Assembly: GCF_023055435.1 (NCBI RefSeq)
Contig: NW_025963791.1
Location: forward strand, 11,532,001 to 11,596,000
DNA: 64,000 bases
Origin: Haliotis rufescens
Lineage: Eukaryota
Direction: 5' to 3'
The translations under genes were made by a program, and so were the position numbers. Positions 39,301-50,400 of this stretch are shown in pieces; the stretch's first letter is position 1, and each line of letters begins with the position of its first letter. Under the pieces are notes generated by a model. The model was not told the origin of the DNA. It was given only the letters and a program-made list of their open reading frames with translations, and did not search any database.

Positions 39301-42300
39301 TACAAAGTGCTTTTTATTAACAGTGTAAATAAAGAAGTTGCCATCCATACAAAGTGCCTTTTATTGACAGTGTAAATAAAGAAGTTGCCATACAAAGTGT
39401 TTGTTATTAACAGTGTAAATAAAGAAGTTGCCGTCTATACAATGTTCTTGTTATTAACAGTGTAAATAAAGAAGTTGCCATCCATACAAAGTGCCTTTTA
39501 TTGACAGTGTAAATAAAGAAGTTGCCATCCATACAAAGTGCCTTTTATTGACAGTGTAAATAAAGAAGTTGCCATACAAAGTGTTTGTTATAAACAGTGT
39601 AAATAAAGAAGTTGCCGTCCATATAATGTTTTTGTTATTGACAGTGTAAATAAAGAAGTTGCCATCCATACAAAGTGCCTTTTATTGACAGTGTAAATAA
39701 AGAAGTTGCCATTCAAAGTGTTTGTTATTAACAGTGTAAATAAAGAAGTTGCCATCCATACAAAGTGCCTTTTATTGACAGTGTAAATAAAGAAGTTGCA
39801 GTCCATACAAAGTGCCTTTTATTGACAGTGTAAATAAAGAAGTTGCCATCCATACAAAGTGCTTTTTATTAACAGTGTAAATAAAGAAGTTGCCATCCAT
39901 ACAAAGTGCCTTTTATTGACAGTGTAAATAAAGAAGTTGCCATACAAAGTGTTTGTTATAAACAGTGTAAATAAAGAAGTTGCAGTCCATACAATGTTTT
40001 TGTTATTGACAGTGTAAATAAAGAAGTTGCCATCCATACAAAGTGCCTTTTATTGACAGTGTAAATAAAGAAGTTGCCATCCATACAAAGTGCCTTTTAT
40101 TGACAGTGTAAATAAAGAAGCTGCCATCCATACAATGTTCTTGTTATTAACAGTGTAAATAAAGAAGTAACCGTCCATACAAAGTACTTGTTGTCAACAG
40201 GGTAAATATAGACGATGTCGTTCATATGAAGTGTTTGCTACTTGCTAATTTGTCTCAGATTTGTCCACATTATGCTGAAATGTCATTTGTCCTCATTAAG
40301 TAATCAGGTAGAGGAAAACTGATAATAGTTACATTCAAAAGTGTAAGCGGTGTCATATTATATATCCCTGTATTGTATGGTGACTAGGTATGTTTTCAGC
40401 TCCACTTGCAAAACCAGACATTACAGTAAAGTACGGTTATAACGAACTCAAAGGGACTACTAATTTTAGTTCGTTATAGTGAGTTAGTGAGTATGGTTAT
40501 ACACCGCTTTTAGCAATAGTCCAGCAATATCACGGCGGGGGACACCAGAATTGGGCTTCACACATTGTACCCATGTCGGGATTCGACCCCGGGTCTTCGG
40601 CGTGAGGAGCGAACGCTTTAACCACTAGGCTACCCGACCGCCCCTTAGTTCGTTATAACCGTAGTTCGTTATAAGCATATATACCGCATAACTACAGCAA
40701 TTAGTCGGGACCAAAAAAGTAAGTTCGTTATATCCGTATGCTCGTTATAAGCGTGTTCGTTAAAACCGTAGTTTACTGTATTTTGATTAAAACTATGAAC
40801 CTAAATAGTATAAAAAAAAGCAAACATCTTACAACAATCTATTTTCTTTTGGTTGAAGACAATTATTTTATTTTTGCCAAAGTCTGCAGCATAATTATTT
40901 TTTCAAGCCTTTTCTTGGACAATCTGACTATCAGAATATCCTCAGACTAATTCCTGTATGTGCGTCGCTGTTATTAATTCATCGAGTAAACACACATATT
41001 TTTCCTGTCGCTGAATAGGAAGTATAAAGTGTATTCAGAAAATATCGTAGTTTAAAGCAAGCATTTGTGTCAACACGTTCATGAATTCGAGATTACTGCT
41101 TTTGTGTGTTTTGCGCTAAAGCTTAGAACCAGGATATTAATCGTTTGCTTTTTGTGTCCGTGATTGTGTCTCATTCATTTTTAAAAAAAGATTAAGTTGC
41201 TTAAATTTGGAATAGGTCAACTTTGTTAATTTATAAGCTCCCGTATAAATATTTCTTTGTACATTTTCAGGTCTTTGAAGAGGAATATCGCACAATACAT
41301 ATATTTCCTTGTCAAGTATTATCGTGCCTGGTCTTGATTCTTTATGACGATGAATAATGACTCTACGAAAGCCTAATGGTGCCACTCTGGTAGCATATTT
41401 TTTCTTAAATCGGTAGTTCTCGTTATTTGAATCATTTGTTTACTTTCTCGAAATTTCGATTTTCTCCCCACGTTATTTCGATTGTAACTTCGTAATTTCT
41501 AATATTTTCTCGCTACTTCGATTTTTTCTCGTTATTTCGTTTATTTTCTCGTTGCTGTAGGCTACCTGACCTTCCTCGTTGCTTCGAGTTTTTTCTTGTT
41601 ATTTCGATTATTTTCTCGTTATTTCAAAAACTTACAATTTCGATTATTATGTCGTTATTTCGAATATTTTCTCTTTATTTCAAAAACTCGAAATTACGAG
41701 AAAATAATTTAAATAACGAGGATAAATTTGACATTTCGAGTTCTCGAAATAACGAGAAAGTAATTGAAATTGCGAGAAAAAAAAGTCGAAATGACGAGAA
41801 AATAATTGAAATAACGAAATATTTCGATTTAGGAAAAATATAATTATGCTACCAAAGTGGCACCATTAGGCTTTCGTATGATTCAGGCATGGCAAACCAC
41901 AACGTCCCGAAGACACAGTAAATATAGCACCCTGCAATTGACCCAGGGTCTTGGCGTGACGAGGTCTATTATAAATTACTGTAGGCTACCTGACCGTCCT
42001 CGAAACTGTTAAAATAGCTTTAGGAGCCCCCGGTACCTACCATAGAGAAATGATGTTTCATTGCGGGAAGCTGTCTCTATCAGTTCCAATGTCTGTTTCA
42101 CGGCGAGAGCTGGCAGAGAACACGTCTTGTAGGCCATCAAACCTATGTTAACATCGAAGAAAAAACATATGCTATAGTTATATAACATCGAAGAAAACAC
42201 ATATGATATCTACAGCATCGAAGAAAACACATATTCTATAGTTATACAACATCGAAGAACAAATATATGATATCTACAGCATCGAAGAAAACACATGTGC

Positions 42301-45013
42301 TAAAGTTATATAACATCGAAGAAAACACATATGATATCTACAGCATCGAAGAAAACACATATTCTATAGTTATACAACATCGAAGAACAAATATATCATA
42401 TCTACAGCATCGAAGAAAACACATGTGCTAAAGTTATACAACATCGAAGAAAACACATATGATATCTACAGCATCGAAGAAAACACATATTCTATAGTTA
42501 TACAAAATCGAAGAACAAATATATATCATATCTACAGCATCGAAGAAAACACATGTGCTAAAGTTATATAACATCGAAGAAAACACATATGCTATAGTTA
42601 TACAACATCGAACAACAAATATATGATATCTACAACATCGAAGAAAACACATGTGCTATAGTTATACAACATCGAAGAACAAATATATGCTATAGTTATA
42701 CAACATCGAACAACAAATATATGATATCTACAGCATCGAAGAAAACACATATTCTATAGTTATACAACATCGAAGAACAAATATATCATATCTACAGCAT
42801 CGAAGAAAACACATGTGCTAAAGTTATATAACATCGAAGAAAACACATATGCTATAGTTATACAACATCGAACAACAAATATATGATATCTACAACATCG
42901 AAGAAAACACATGTGCTATAGTTATACAACATCGAAGAACAAATATATGCTATAGTTATACAACATCGAACAACAAATATATGATATCTACAGCATCGAA
43001 GAAAACACATATTCTATAGTTATACAACATCGAAGAACAAATATATCATATCTACAGCATCGAAGAAAACACATGTGCTAAAGTTATATAACATCGAAGA
43101 AAACACATATGCTATAGTTATACAACATCGAACAACAAATATATGATATCTACAACATCGAAGAAAATACATATGCTATAGTTATACGACATCGAAGAAC
43201 AAATATATGCTATAGTTACACAACATCGAAGAAAACACATATGCTATAGTTATACAACATCGAAGAAAAATGATATACTCCAGTAAAACAACATCAAAGT
43301 AAACACATTCTACAATTGTTACGCCGTATTTACCCGCGGGGTGGTGGGGGTGGGGGTGGGGGTAGGGGTGGAGTGGGTATATAGATTCCCAGTAACCCAT
43401 GCTTGTCATGCGAGTAAGTGCAGTCCTGCTTGGTGACTTGTGTGTCGTCGTGTCCTATTACCCATGCTTTGTATCATCTGTTAGAGAGGTACAGACTCGA
43501 TATTAGTTAGGGGCACTCACTCACTCACTCACTATCACACTGTTACGTCGTAGTCAGTAATAGAACAGCTATATCACGGTACACGTGGATGTAATTGAAT
43601 CTGGATCAGACAAACCTGTGATCGATGTACATGGACGATGGCACATATTCAGTCACAGCTGAAAACCTAGCATCCCCGTGCAAATATCCACTAGATTCTC
43701 GTTTAACATGCATGTAGTGACAACACAATGATCGGTTGCTCAGGCCTGCTGATGTGGTCGATGTTTTCTCGTGGTGGACTGAAGTCCCCGCGTTTCGTCA
43801 GAAGCCCCGTGGCATTTATCAATTAGGCTGAGTTAACCACAAAAGAAATGTTTGGGCCGAGACATAAAAACACAAACACGAACCCCCTCCAACCCCATGA
43901 GCGAAATATTTCTTCAGTGGTTCTCTTTACCATCTTCCCGAGGCAAGGGAATTAACTGACTATAAAAGTCCAGTTTCCACCCTTGCCGAACTTGCTGGAA
44001 TTCTGGAGTTACATTTTGGCTGGACTAACGAGTCTATGTACAGTCCAATCAGAATCGCGTAACGAACGACATGGATTTCAAGTTGCAGATTTCGGTCGAC
44101 TGCAAGATTTGCAAAGCATGCGTATCGCCAACTGGGCGTCGACAGATATTTTGCGATTTATTTCATGTTTTTAATCAAGGTGCTCAAGTGATTTGATTCA
44201 CTTCGCGGGGTACGGCCCGTTATATTACAATATAGAAGAGACATACCTCGTAATAGCCACTGGTGGCGCTACGATCGACCCCAGAAATTCCAGCCTAGTT
44301 CGGCAAGGGTGGAAACTGGACTTTTATAGTCAGTTAACTCCCTTGCCTCGGGAAGATGCTCTTTACGTGTAAGTAGCACAATCTCTGCACTTGTAATTCA
44401 AGAACCTGCTGTCTCACAGTAAACGTTTTAGTGATGACACCAACACGAACGTCAAGATCAAAATCATTATTGTCACTAAGTGATGGTGATTGGTTTGACG
44501 CCGCTTTGAACTGCATTCCAGTTATATCATGGTGTGTCAAACTAAGTGAGGGAGGCCTCGGACGTTTACCACTTCACCGCGAGCACGTGTATGGTGCTGA
44601 CACACCTAGAAACATAATCAAGGAGAACAAGGATTCGAACCCACGATTATAGGTTATAATGGACGCAATTTCTTCACAGCTAATTAAGACGAATGGGATG
44701 AAGGCCTGGGGGTCAATTAGTTGCATCATGCATCAGCTAAGATTCAGGAAATAATTAGCATGTTATACTTCTACCTACCTAGGGTGATCCCTGGGATGAA
44801 GTTCTGGCGATTGAGTTGCTTGAGGGTCCATCGAACGGCTTCGTGAATTTGAACAGAGACACGGTCGATGCCGGCACACTGGCCGCCTTCACTTGACTGT
44901 ATGGAGAACAACCCTCCCATCAGGATATCCCCCGGCAACGTGACGACGTTCTGTGACTTCCCCGGCACCACGATGACCAGCACCGACAGACAGATTGATG
45001 CAAGGAGTGTCAT
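27406..45013 (-). CDS. Receptor copy B: single-pass membrane protein with two tandem Venus flytrap (ANF_receptor/mGluR-like) domains and a Tyr-motif tail, ~1086 aa, 10 coding exons
   Basis: Hand-spliced exons, all GT-AG and phase-consistent: 45013-44779, 42142-42041, 36317-36139, 35945-35055, 34518-33037, 32166-32033, 30907-30801 (TM: [33 protein letters not shown]), 29507-29475, 28499-28458, 27461-27406 (TAA). Sum 3261 nt = 1087 codons. mGluR-like motifs: [77 protein letters not shown]. The three small tail exons are less certain than the ectodomain exons. Confidence 0.85.
28259..28365. mobile_element. PIF/Harbinger-type MITE
   Basis: ~34-bp perfect TIR ggcccacttgcacaaagcgatcttagcgctaaga with a 3-bp CTG TSD. 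Similar elements at 38732-38840 and (degenerate) ~2870-2975. Confidence 0.8.
29029..29382 (+). mobile_element. SINE family 2 full copy
   Basis: TSD ctcattgcatatt. An older diverged copy lies immediately upstream (~28690-28975). Confidence 0.9.
29988..30195. other. Assembly gap (N run) next to (GTGA/GAGG)/(GT)n microsatellite 30196-30310
   Basis: The run of n lies in the copy B intron after the TM exon. Confidence 0.99.
31302..31770. repeat. 57-bp minisatellite, ~5-6 copies
   Basis: gctgattaagtgaagtca recurs at 31326, 31383, 31440 and onward. Confidence 0.9.
31511..31681 (+). mobile_element. SINE family 1 inserted in 57-bp minisatellite
   Basis: Full copy; TSD ctgattaagtgaa. Confidence 0.9.
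37223..37552 (+). mobile_element. SINE family 2 full copy
   Basis: Matches the 1979 and 29029 copies. Further copies at ~45590-45800, 49070-49460, 53560-53860, 62437-62740 and 63423-63770. Confidence 0.88.
37791..38380 (+). mobile_element. Helentron-associated (HINE/pearl-like) element
   Basis: Starts AACAAGAG, has ~180-bp internal tandem repeats, a (GACA/GACG)n microsatellite and a terminal palindrome/G-run. A similar element lies at ~5755-6400. Confidence 0.65.
38865..40200. repeat. 43/47-bp minisatellite, ~28 copies
   Basis: Unit acagtgtaaataaagaagttgccatccatacaaagtgccttttattg and variants. Confidence 0.95.
40479..40644 (-). mobile_element. SINE family 1 inserted in a MITE
   Basis: Full copy; TSD ttagttcgttata at 40466-40478 and 40645-40657. 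Confidence 0.9.
41366..41876. mobile_element. Foldback-type MITE, TA-flanked, internal inverted TTTCTCGTTATTTCG subrepeats
   Basis: TIR cgaaagcctaatggtgccact.tggtagcata. A structurally similar element lies at 1234-1433. Confidence 0.8.
42150..43270. repeat. 30/34-bp minisatellite with ~260-bp higher-order period, abutting copy B exon 2 acceptor
   Basis: catcgaagaaaacacat recurs at 30/34-nt spacing. A higher-order block recurs at 42469, 42731 and 42991. Confidence 0.92.
43931..44358. mobile_element. Non-autonomous DNA transposon with ~62-bp TIRs and 8-bp TSD (hAT or P-like)
   Basis: TIR catcttcccgaggcaaggga...cttgccgaact; TSD ctctttac at 43923-43930 and 44359-44366. Confidence 0.88.
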
Positions 45014-45095
45014 GCTGCAAGAACGCAGGTAATGGGTTGGGAAATCCCTTCACATTTATAGACCCAATGATTTACATACTATGAGTTACATAGGA

Positions 45096-45350
45096 GTGAG
45101 TGAGTTGGGTTTAACGCCGCTTTTAACAGTATTCCAGTTATACGGCGTGTCAGCTTAATGTGGGAGGAAAGCCCAAAGTGATTCAGGTCTCAGACGTTTA
45201 TCACTTCGGTGAAACCCAGGAGCACGGGTATGGTGCTGACAAACCTAGAAACAAAATCGGGGCGAACCAGGATTCGAACCCACAATTATAGGTTTCTGGC
45301 GTGTCCAAGGGACGTAAATCGGGGCGCCTTAGACGACTTGTCCACCCTTG
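45096..45350 (-). mobile_element. SINE family 4 (tRNA-like head with insertion, V-domain-like GTGGGTTTC...CTTTCCTCCCACA, (ACTC)n tail)
   Basis: B box GGGTTCGAATCC. Other copies: ~1480-1633(+), 46670-46885(-), 50545-50800(+), 55085-55345(+), 55395-55645(+), 60907-61090(+). Confidence 0.8.
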
Positions 45351-47389
45351 ACCCCGAGTTACATAGGATAAAAGGAAGATGGAAGACTGTGATATAGAAA
45401 ACACATACACACATACAAACAGACAAAAACAAACACAGACTCACACACATACACAGACACACACACACACATATGTACATACAAAGACACACATACACAC
45501 AAAGACACACAGACAGACACACACACGATTTGATCAGATAGCCAAATCCAGTCAGATCCCAAAGTAGAAAAACCCAAAGGAAATAATACACGTCCGCCCG
45601 GAGAGCGGGAGGTCGGTAGTTCGATCCCCCGCCGCGTCATACACAAAGACGTTAAAAAGTTGGTACGTGTTGTTACCCTGCCTAGCGCTCGGTATTGATA
45701 GGCAAAAACAAGAACCGGTCGGCTCGGAGTCAGTATTCATGTTAAACTGCGGCATAGTATCTCAGTGGACAAGCACAATAAAATCGACATTAGTCCGGAC
45801 TAGTTGTTTTACGCCGCACTCAGCAATATTCCAGCTAAATGACGGCGGTCTGTAAATAATCGAGTCTGGACCAGACACTTCAGTGATGGATGGCATGAGC
45901 ATCGATCTACGCAATCGGGATACGATGACATGCATCAACCAAGTCAGTGAGTCTGACCACCCGATCCCGTTAGTCGCCTCTTACAACAAGCATAGTAAAT
46001 ATTGAACATTGAAATAAATTTATCATCTCAAACTGGATTCCACGGGAGAAACCGCTTGGGTGAGATCAAGCGATCTCTCCCAGGGAAGATCACTTCAATA
46101 ACTGTAGTTTTTACTCTCAAGACACTGCTGATGGCTGTTTACAAATTGAAAATGATGTATCTATAGAATCTCATCCTTGTGTCTTTGGTCTCGGGTGAGA
46201 TTCTCTATGTGGCACAATACGTCACTGTGATAAACTAGTCCTATACTGCGAAAATATCTGCTGAGCTTACCCAATGGTGAAATTCAACGAGGTTTCAGGA
46301 TATAGACTAGTAAATCAAATGTTAAATATCTGCTAAATCTTAACATATACACTTTTAAAGAAAGTAAAATCATCGCCCTCATGAAAACCTGTAATCTTAA
46401 TTATAAATAATGTGGATGAAACGAGTTAAGAAAGAAAGCATCTATGATCTAACCTTGCCTCCAGTGTCCACAACTGGGTTCAGTCTGCTTCCTTCTTGCG
46501 ATAGAATAGACTTATAATTAAAGCTGTACTTGTATTTCAATCGCTATCTATTTCCTTGCAGCGCTGTACGCATGCGCCCGGCTGTGTATAGCTATTATTC
46601 ATGCATGGTAAGGTTCAGTATTGAGGAACGTTTATTGCCTAAAGATTGAGGCGCCTGGGCGTGGGCGGGTAAGTGAGTGAGTGAGTTGGATTTAACGCCG
46701 CTTTGAACAATATTTCATTTATATCACGACGTGTCAGCTTACTGTTGGAGGTAAATCCAAAGCTACGCATGTCTTAGACGTTTACCACTTCGGTGAAACC
46801 CACAAGTTAAGTATGATGTTAACAAACCAAGGCTTTCATCAGGTCAAAAAGGGATGCAACTCTGGACAGTGAATCAGCGCCTTAAAACATAAGGTTTACC
46901 GTGAGTGAGTAAGAGTGAGTGTTTAAAGCCGTACTCAGCGATATTCTATTTATATGACGACGGAAAATTTCAGACTGGAATAAATAGTAAGTCTATTTTA
47001 TACCTTGTGTATCTTTAACTTCAAACGTCAAACAAATACAGTTTATGTTGTCAAATACAAGTTCTGACACTAGGTATATGTTTCTTGAAATAACTACTTA
47101 AACAGGAGGCATAAAATATACTTGTTAATTCTCAAAATGACCTTGCATTCTTGTGATGAAAAAAATTTAAAATAATAATATCATAACCCGACAATTAATT
47201 TTAAACCAAAATATCAGACACACTTTTTGTCTTATAGATATTCATCTTTTCACACATTAAAAATCAAATCTGTCTATATCGCAAACTGACTTATTTAAGT
47301 ATTTTTTAATACGCGTAAAATCTGAGCGGCTGGTAAATATTGCATGATCCATCCACTGTAGCCTTGGGGCATTGAGAGTTATGTCCCAA

Positions 47390-47450
47390 GTATATACTTC
47401 CGGTAGGGGGCGCGGCATCATTTGTCGTGTCAGAAACCAAGATGGCGGGT
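47390..47450 (+). promoter_or_regulatory. SRP68 proximal promoter motifs (ETS-like ACTTCCGG, CTCF-like CCGGTAGGGGGCGC, YY1-like AAGATGGCGG over the ATG)
   Basis: Motifs read directly just upstream of and overlapping the ATG at 47442. This combination is typical of housekeeping genes; function is inferred. Confidence 0.45.
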
Positions 47451-50400
47451 GAAGGGGAAAGCGTGGGCCAAGAAAGTGAAATGTCTGGCGAACAGACGAC
47501 TTCTACCCAAGCAATACCTCAGTCATTTACGGTAGAAGGTATGCAAATGAACAATAGATAATTACCTTGAATGTTTCTTCTTCCTGAGTGAACAAGCATA
47601 TCATAAGTCTAAAGAGACAGAAACCAATATGTTCAAACATGTGACTAATTTTTGCAAACCTGAACAGATGGATTTGTTAAGTCGAAACTCATTTAGTGTT
47701 CTTACAACACATTTTGTGTTATATGTGTTGATGACTGCAAGCTGTGACAAGAGAAAAGAACTGACCACGGATAAAACCTTTGACGATGTTGACCATATTG
47801 TGTATATGTTGATATTGAAGCCAATAGACATAACATTCACTTATCAATTTTCCCATATGGTTCACATCAACAGTTCATCCATTTCTGTAGAAGGTGCTGA
47901 CTTAATACTTAGGTGGTATGCAACGTCTAAATAATCGGAACATGCAGTCAATGCATTATTCAGTTTTTGTGTTTGAATGTCAATATCTGCAATATTTATT
48001 TAATTCTTGAAAAAAAACCATGAAAAACTTTGATCCATCATATCCTTGGTTTGTTTGTGTATGTTTGTTATTTAATGCCGCACTCAGCAATATTCTAGCT
48101 ATTAGCAGTCTGTAAATAATTGAGTCTGGATCAGACAATCCAGTAATTGACATCATGAGCATCACTCTACGCAATTAGGATGCGATGACATGCATCAACC
48201 AAGTTAGCAAGTCTGACCACCTGATCCCGTTAGTTGGCTTTACGACTAGAATGGATTGCTAAAGTCCTGATTTGGATCTTCATGGGTCCATGTCATTGGT
48301 ATTGTGTAGCTATCAGCTGTTTGAAAAAATACATCTTTAAGCTGAATATAAGCAACAGACATACACCTGTCAAATATTTGTTCATGTTATTTGGTGGAAT
48401 GTGCTCTATGTGATTAACTATCAATTTGATAGTTTCTATGTCAATCAAAGCCTTGCTCTGTTTGGATTGATGACATGTTTATAATCATGACAATGGCATA
48501 TGTTGGTAAACATGGTAAAGAGTGATGACATCACTAGCAGATAATCATATATTGATCACATTAGTAATGACACACTGATAGCAGTAATCATGATAATAAT
48601 GGATTAACCCTCTCCAGTTTCTGAAAATTAGTATATATTTTATATATGATATATATCATCATCCTTGTAAGGTACATTTTGCCATGTTAAATGATGTATG
48701 TTAGACTGGTTAGTGTTATATGTTCAGAGGGGTAGGGGTCTTTGATTCTTTGTAATACTAAGAGACAGAATATATTTTCAGTCACTGGAACATGTTCGAT
48801 AAGTATACATTTTGAAAGGACACATGGAATTTTTTTCAGACCCACAGCATTTTATGTGAATATTTACTGATAAAAAAAACCCTCATTACCTGTGATTATA
48901 ATATGATTATGATGTTTCTTGTTTTCTGACAATCGGATACAGTGTTAACTCAACTTGGCTGTTACCATATTTTCTTGTGTATAGTGCACACTTTTTTTTC
49001 CAAAAAACACAGCTGTGTAGAAGGGGGTGCGCATTATACACGAAATAATGAGTTTGGTCAAGAAGTACATGACCATCTCTGTGGTGTAGTGGATAGAATA
49101 TCTGTCTGGAGAGTGGAAGGTCGGGTTTGATCCCCTGGTTGTGTCAAAGAGGTGGTTACTTACTTACTTACTTTGGAGATTTAACGTGCGCTTTCCAACT
49201 GATGCGTATTTCGCACACGGAAGAGGTGGTACTTCTTGTTACCTTACATAGCACTCAGCATTTAGGGGATGAAACAAGGCCCAGCTCTCTAGGGGTCAGT
49301 ATTGTGGGATACCAGAGGTAAACTCACTGGAAGGGTATCTCAGTTGGCTAGCCTTCTCCGTACTAGTAAAAGCAGCTACTCACACATGTATCATGTGTAT
49401 GCACACCACTGTATGAGTTCAACAATCTAGGGGGAGACGTTTAACCTGATTTCACCTCACCTAGAGCTAGACATTGTAGATGTGTTATTTTCTTAAGAGT
49501 ATTATTGTGTTTATTTGTGTACATTCTGTCTTCAGTTCTCCAGTTAATCAAAGAGGCACAGCAACAGCATGGTCTCAGACATGGAGACTATCAGCGTTAC
49601 AGGTGAGACAACCTGGTTACAGATACTTAGTCAGTGTTCTGATTGTTGGTAATTCTCTTGATAATTCTGCACAATATTTGAACCTGACTTTCCCAATCAT
49701 TAGGGCTGGCTATCGGTATGGATTATAGAGATCGATAATCGCTAACTAAATATCAATAAATATCGGAGAAGTAACTTTTAAGCAAATATGATAGAAACTC
49801 CCGAAAGAAGTCAATATATTTCACGTCACATGTGAGAAGTGACTCATTTATGCATGGGTTACTTTGTGGACATTTGAGACAACATAAACGGTTGCTTTCC
49901 GTCTTCGACTATTGGCATTATTGACATTAACAAATCTGTTTCGGTAAATCTTAACTTTATTTCATTACAATAGTTTATGTAAGTTATTGTCAGTGACAAT
50001 AATTTAATATCAATAAATCGTTGATATTTTTTTCCATCAACAATATTTCTGATTATCAATCTTTTCAGCCATCCCTACCAATGTTTAATTGTTTTATTCT
50101 GATTTGAAGAAATTAGAAGTTCTCTCATTCAGCTTGTTTAGGTGCAATAATGCCACAACAATAATAAAGTGTAAACACATGGTGAATAGGATTGGGAATA
50201 AATGCAGGTTGGCATCAAGCAACACCAGGCTGTGACATGTTCGTGTATGTGTTTTGCAGGAGTTACTGCTCAAGGAGAATCAGGAGAATACGCAAGTCTC
50301 TACACTTTCCACAGGGTAGTAAACACAAAGTTCAACCAAAGAAAATCAGCATAGAAATGCTTACAGATCCAAGGTATTGAGCATGATGAGCCCCCAATGT

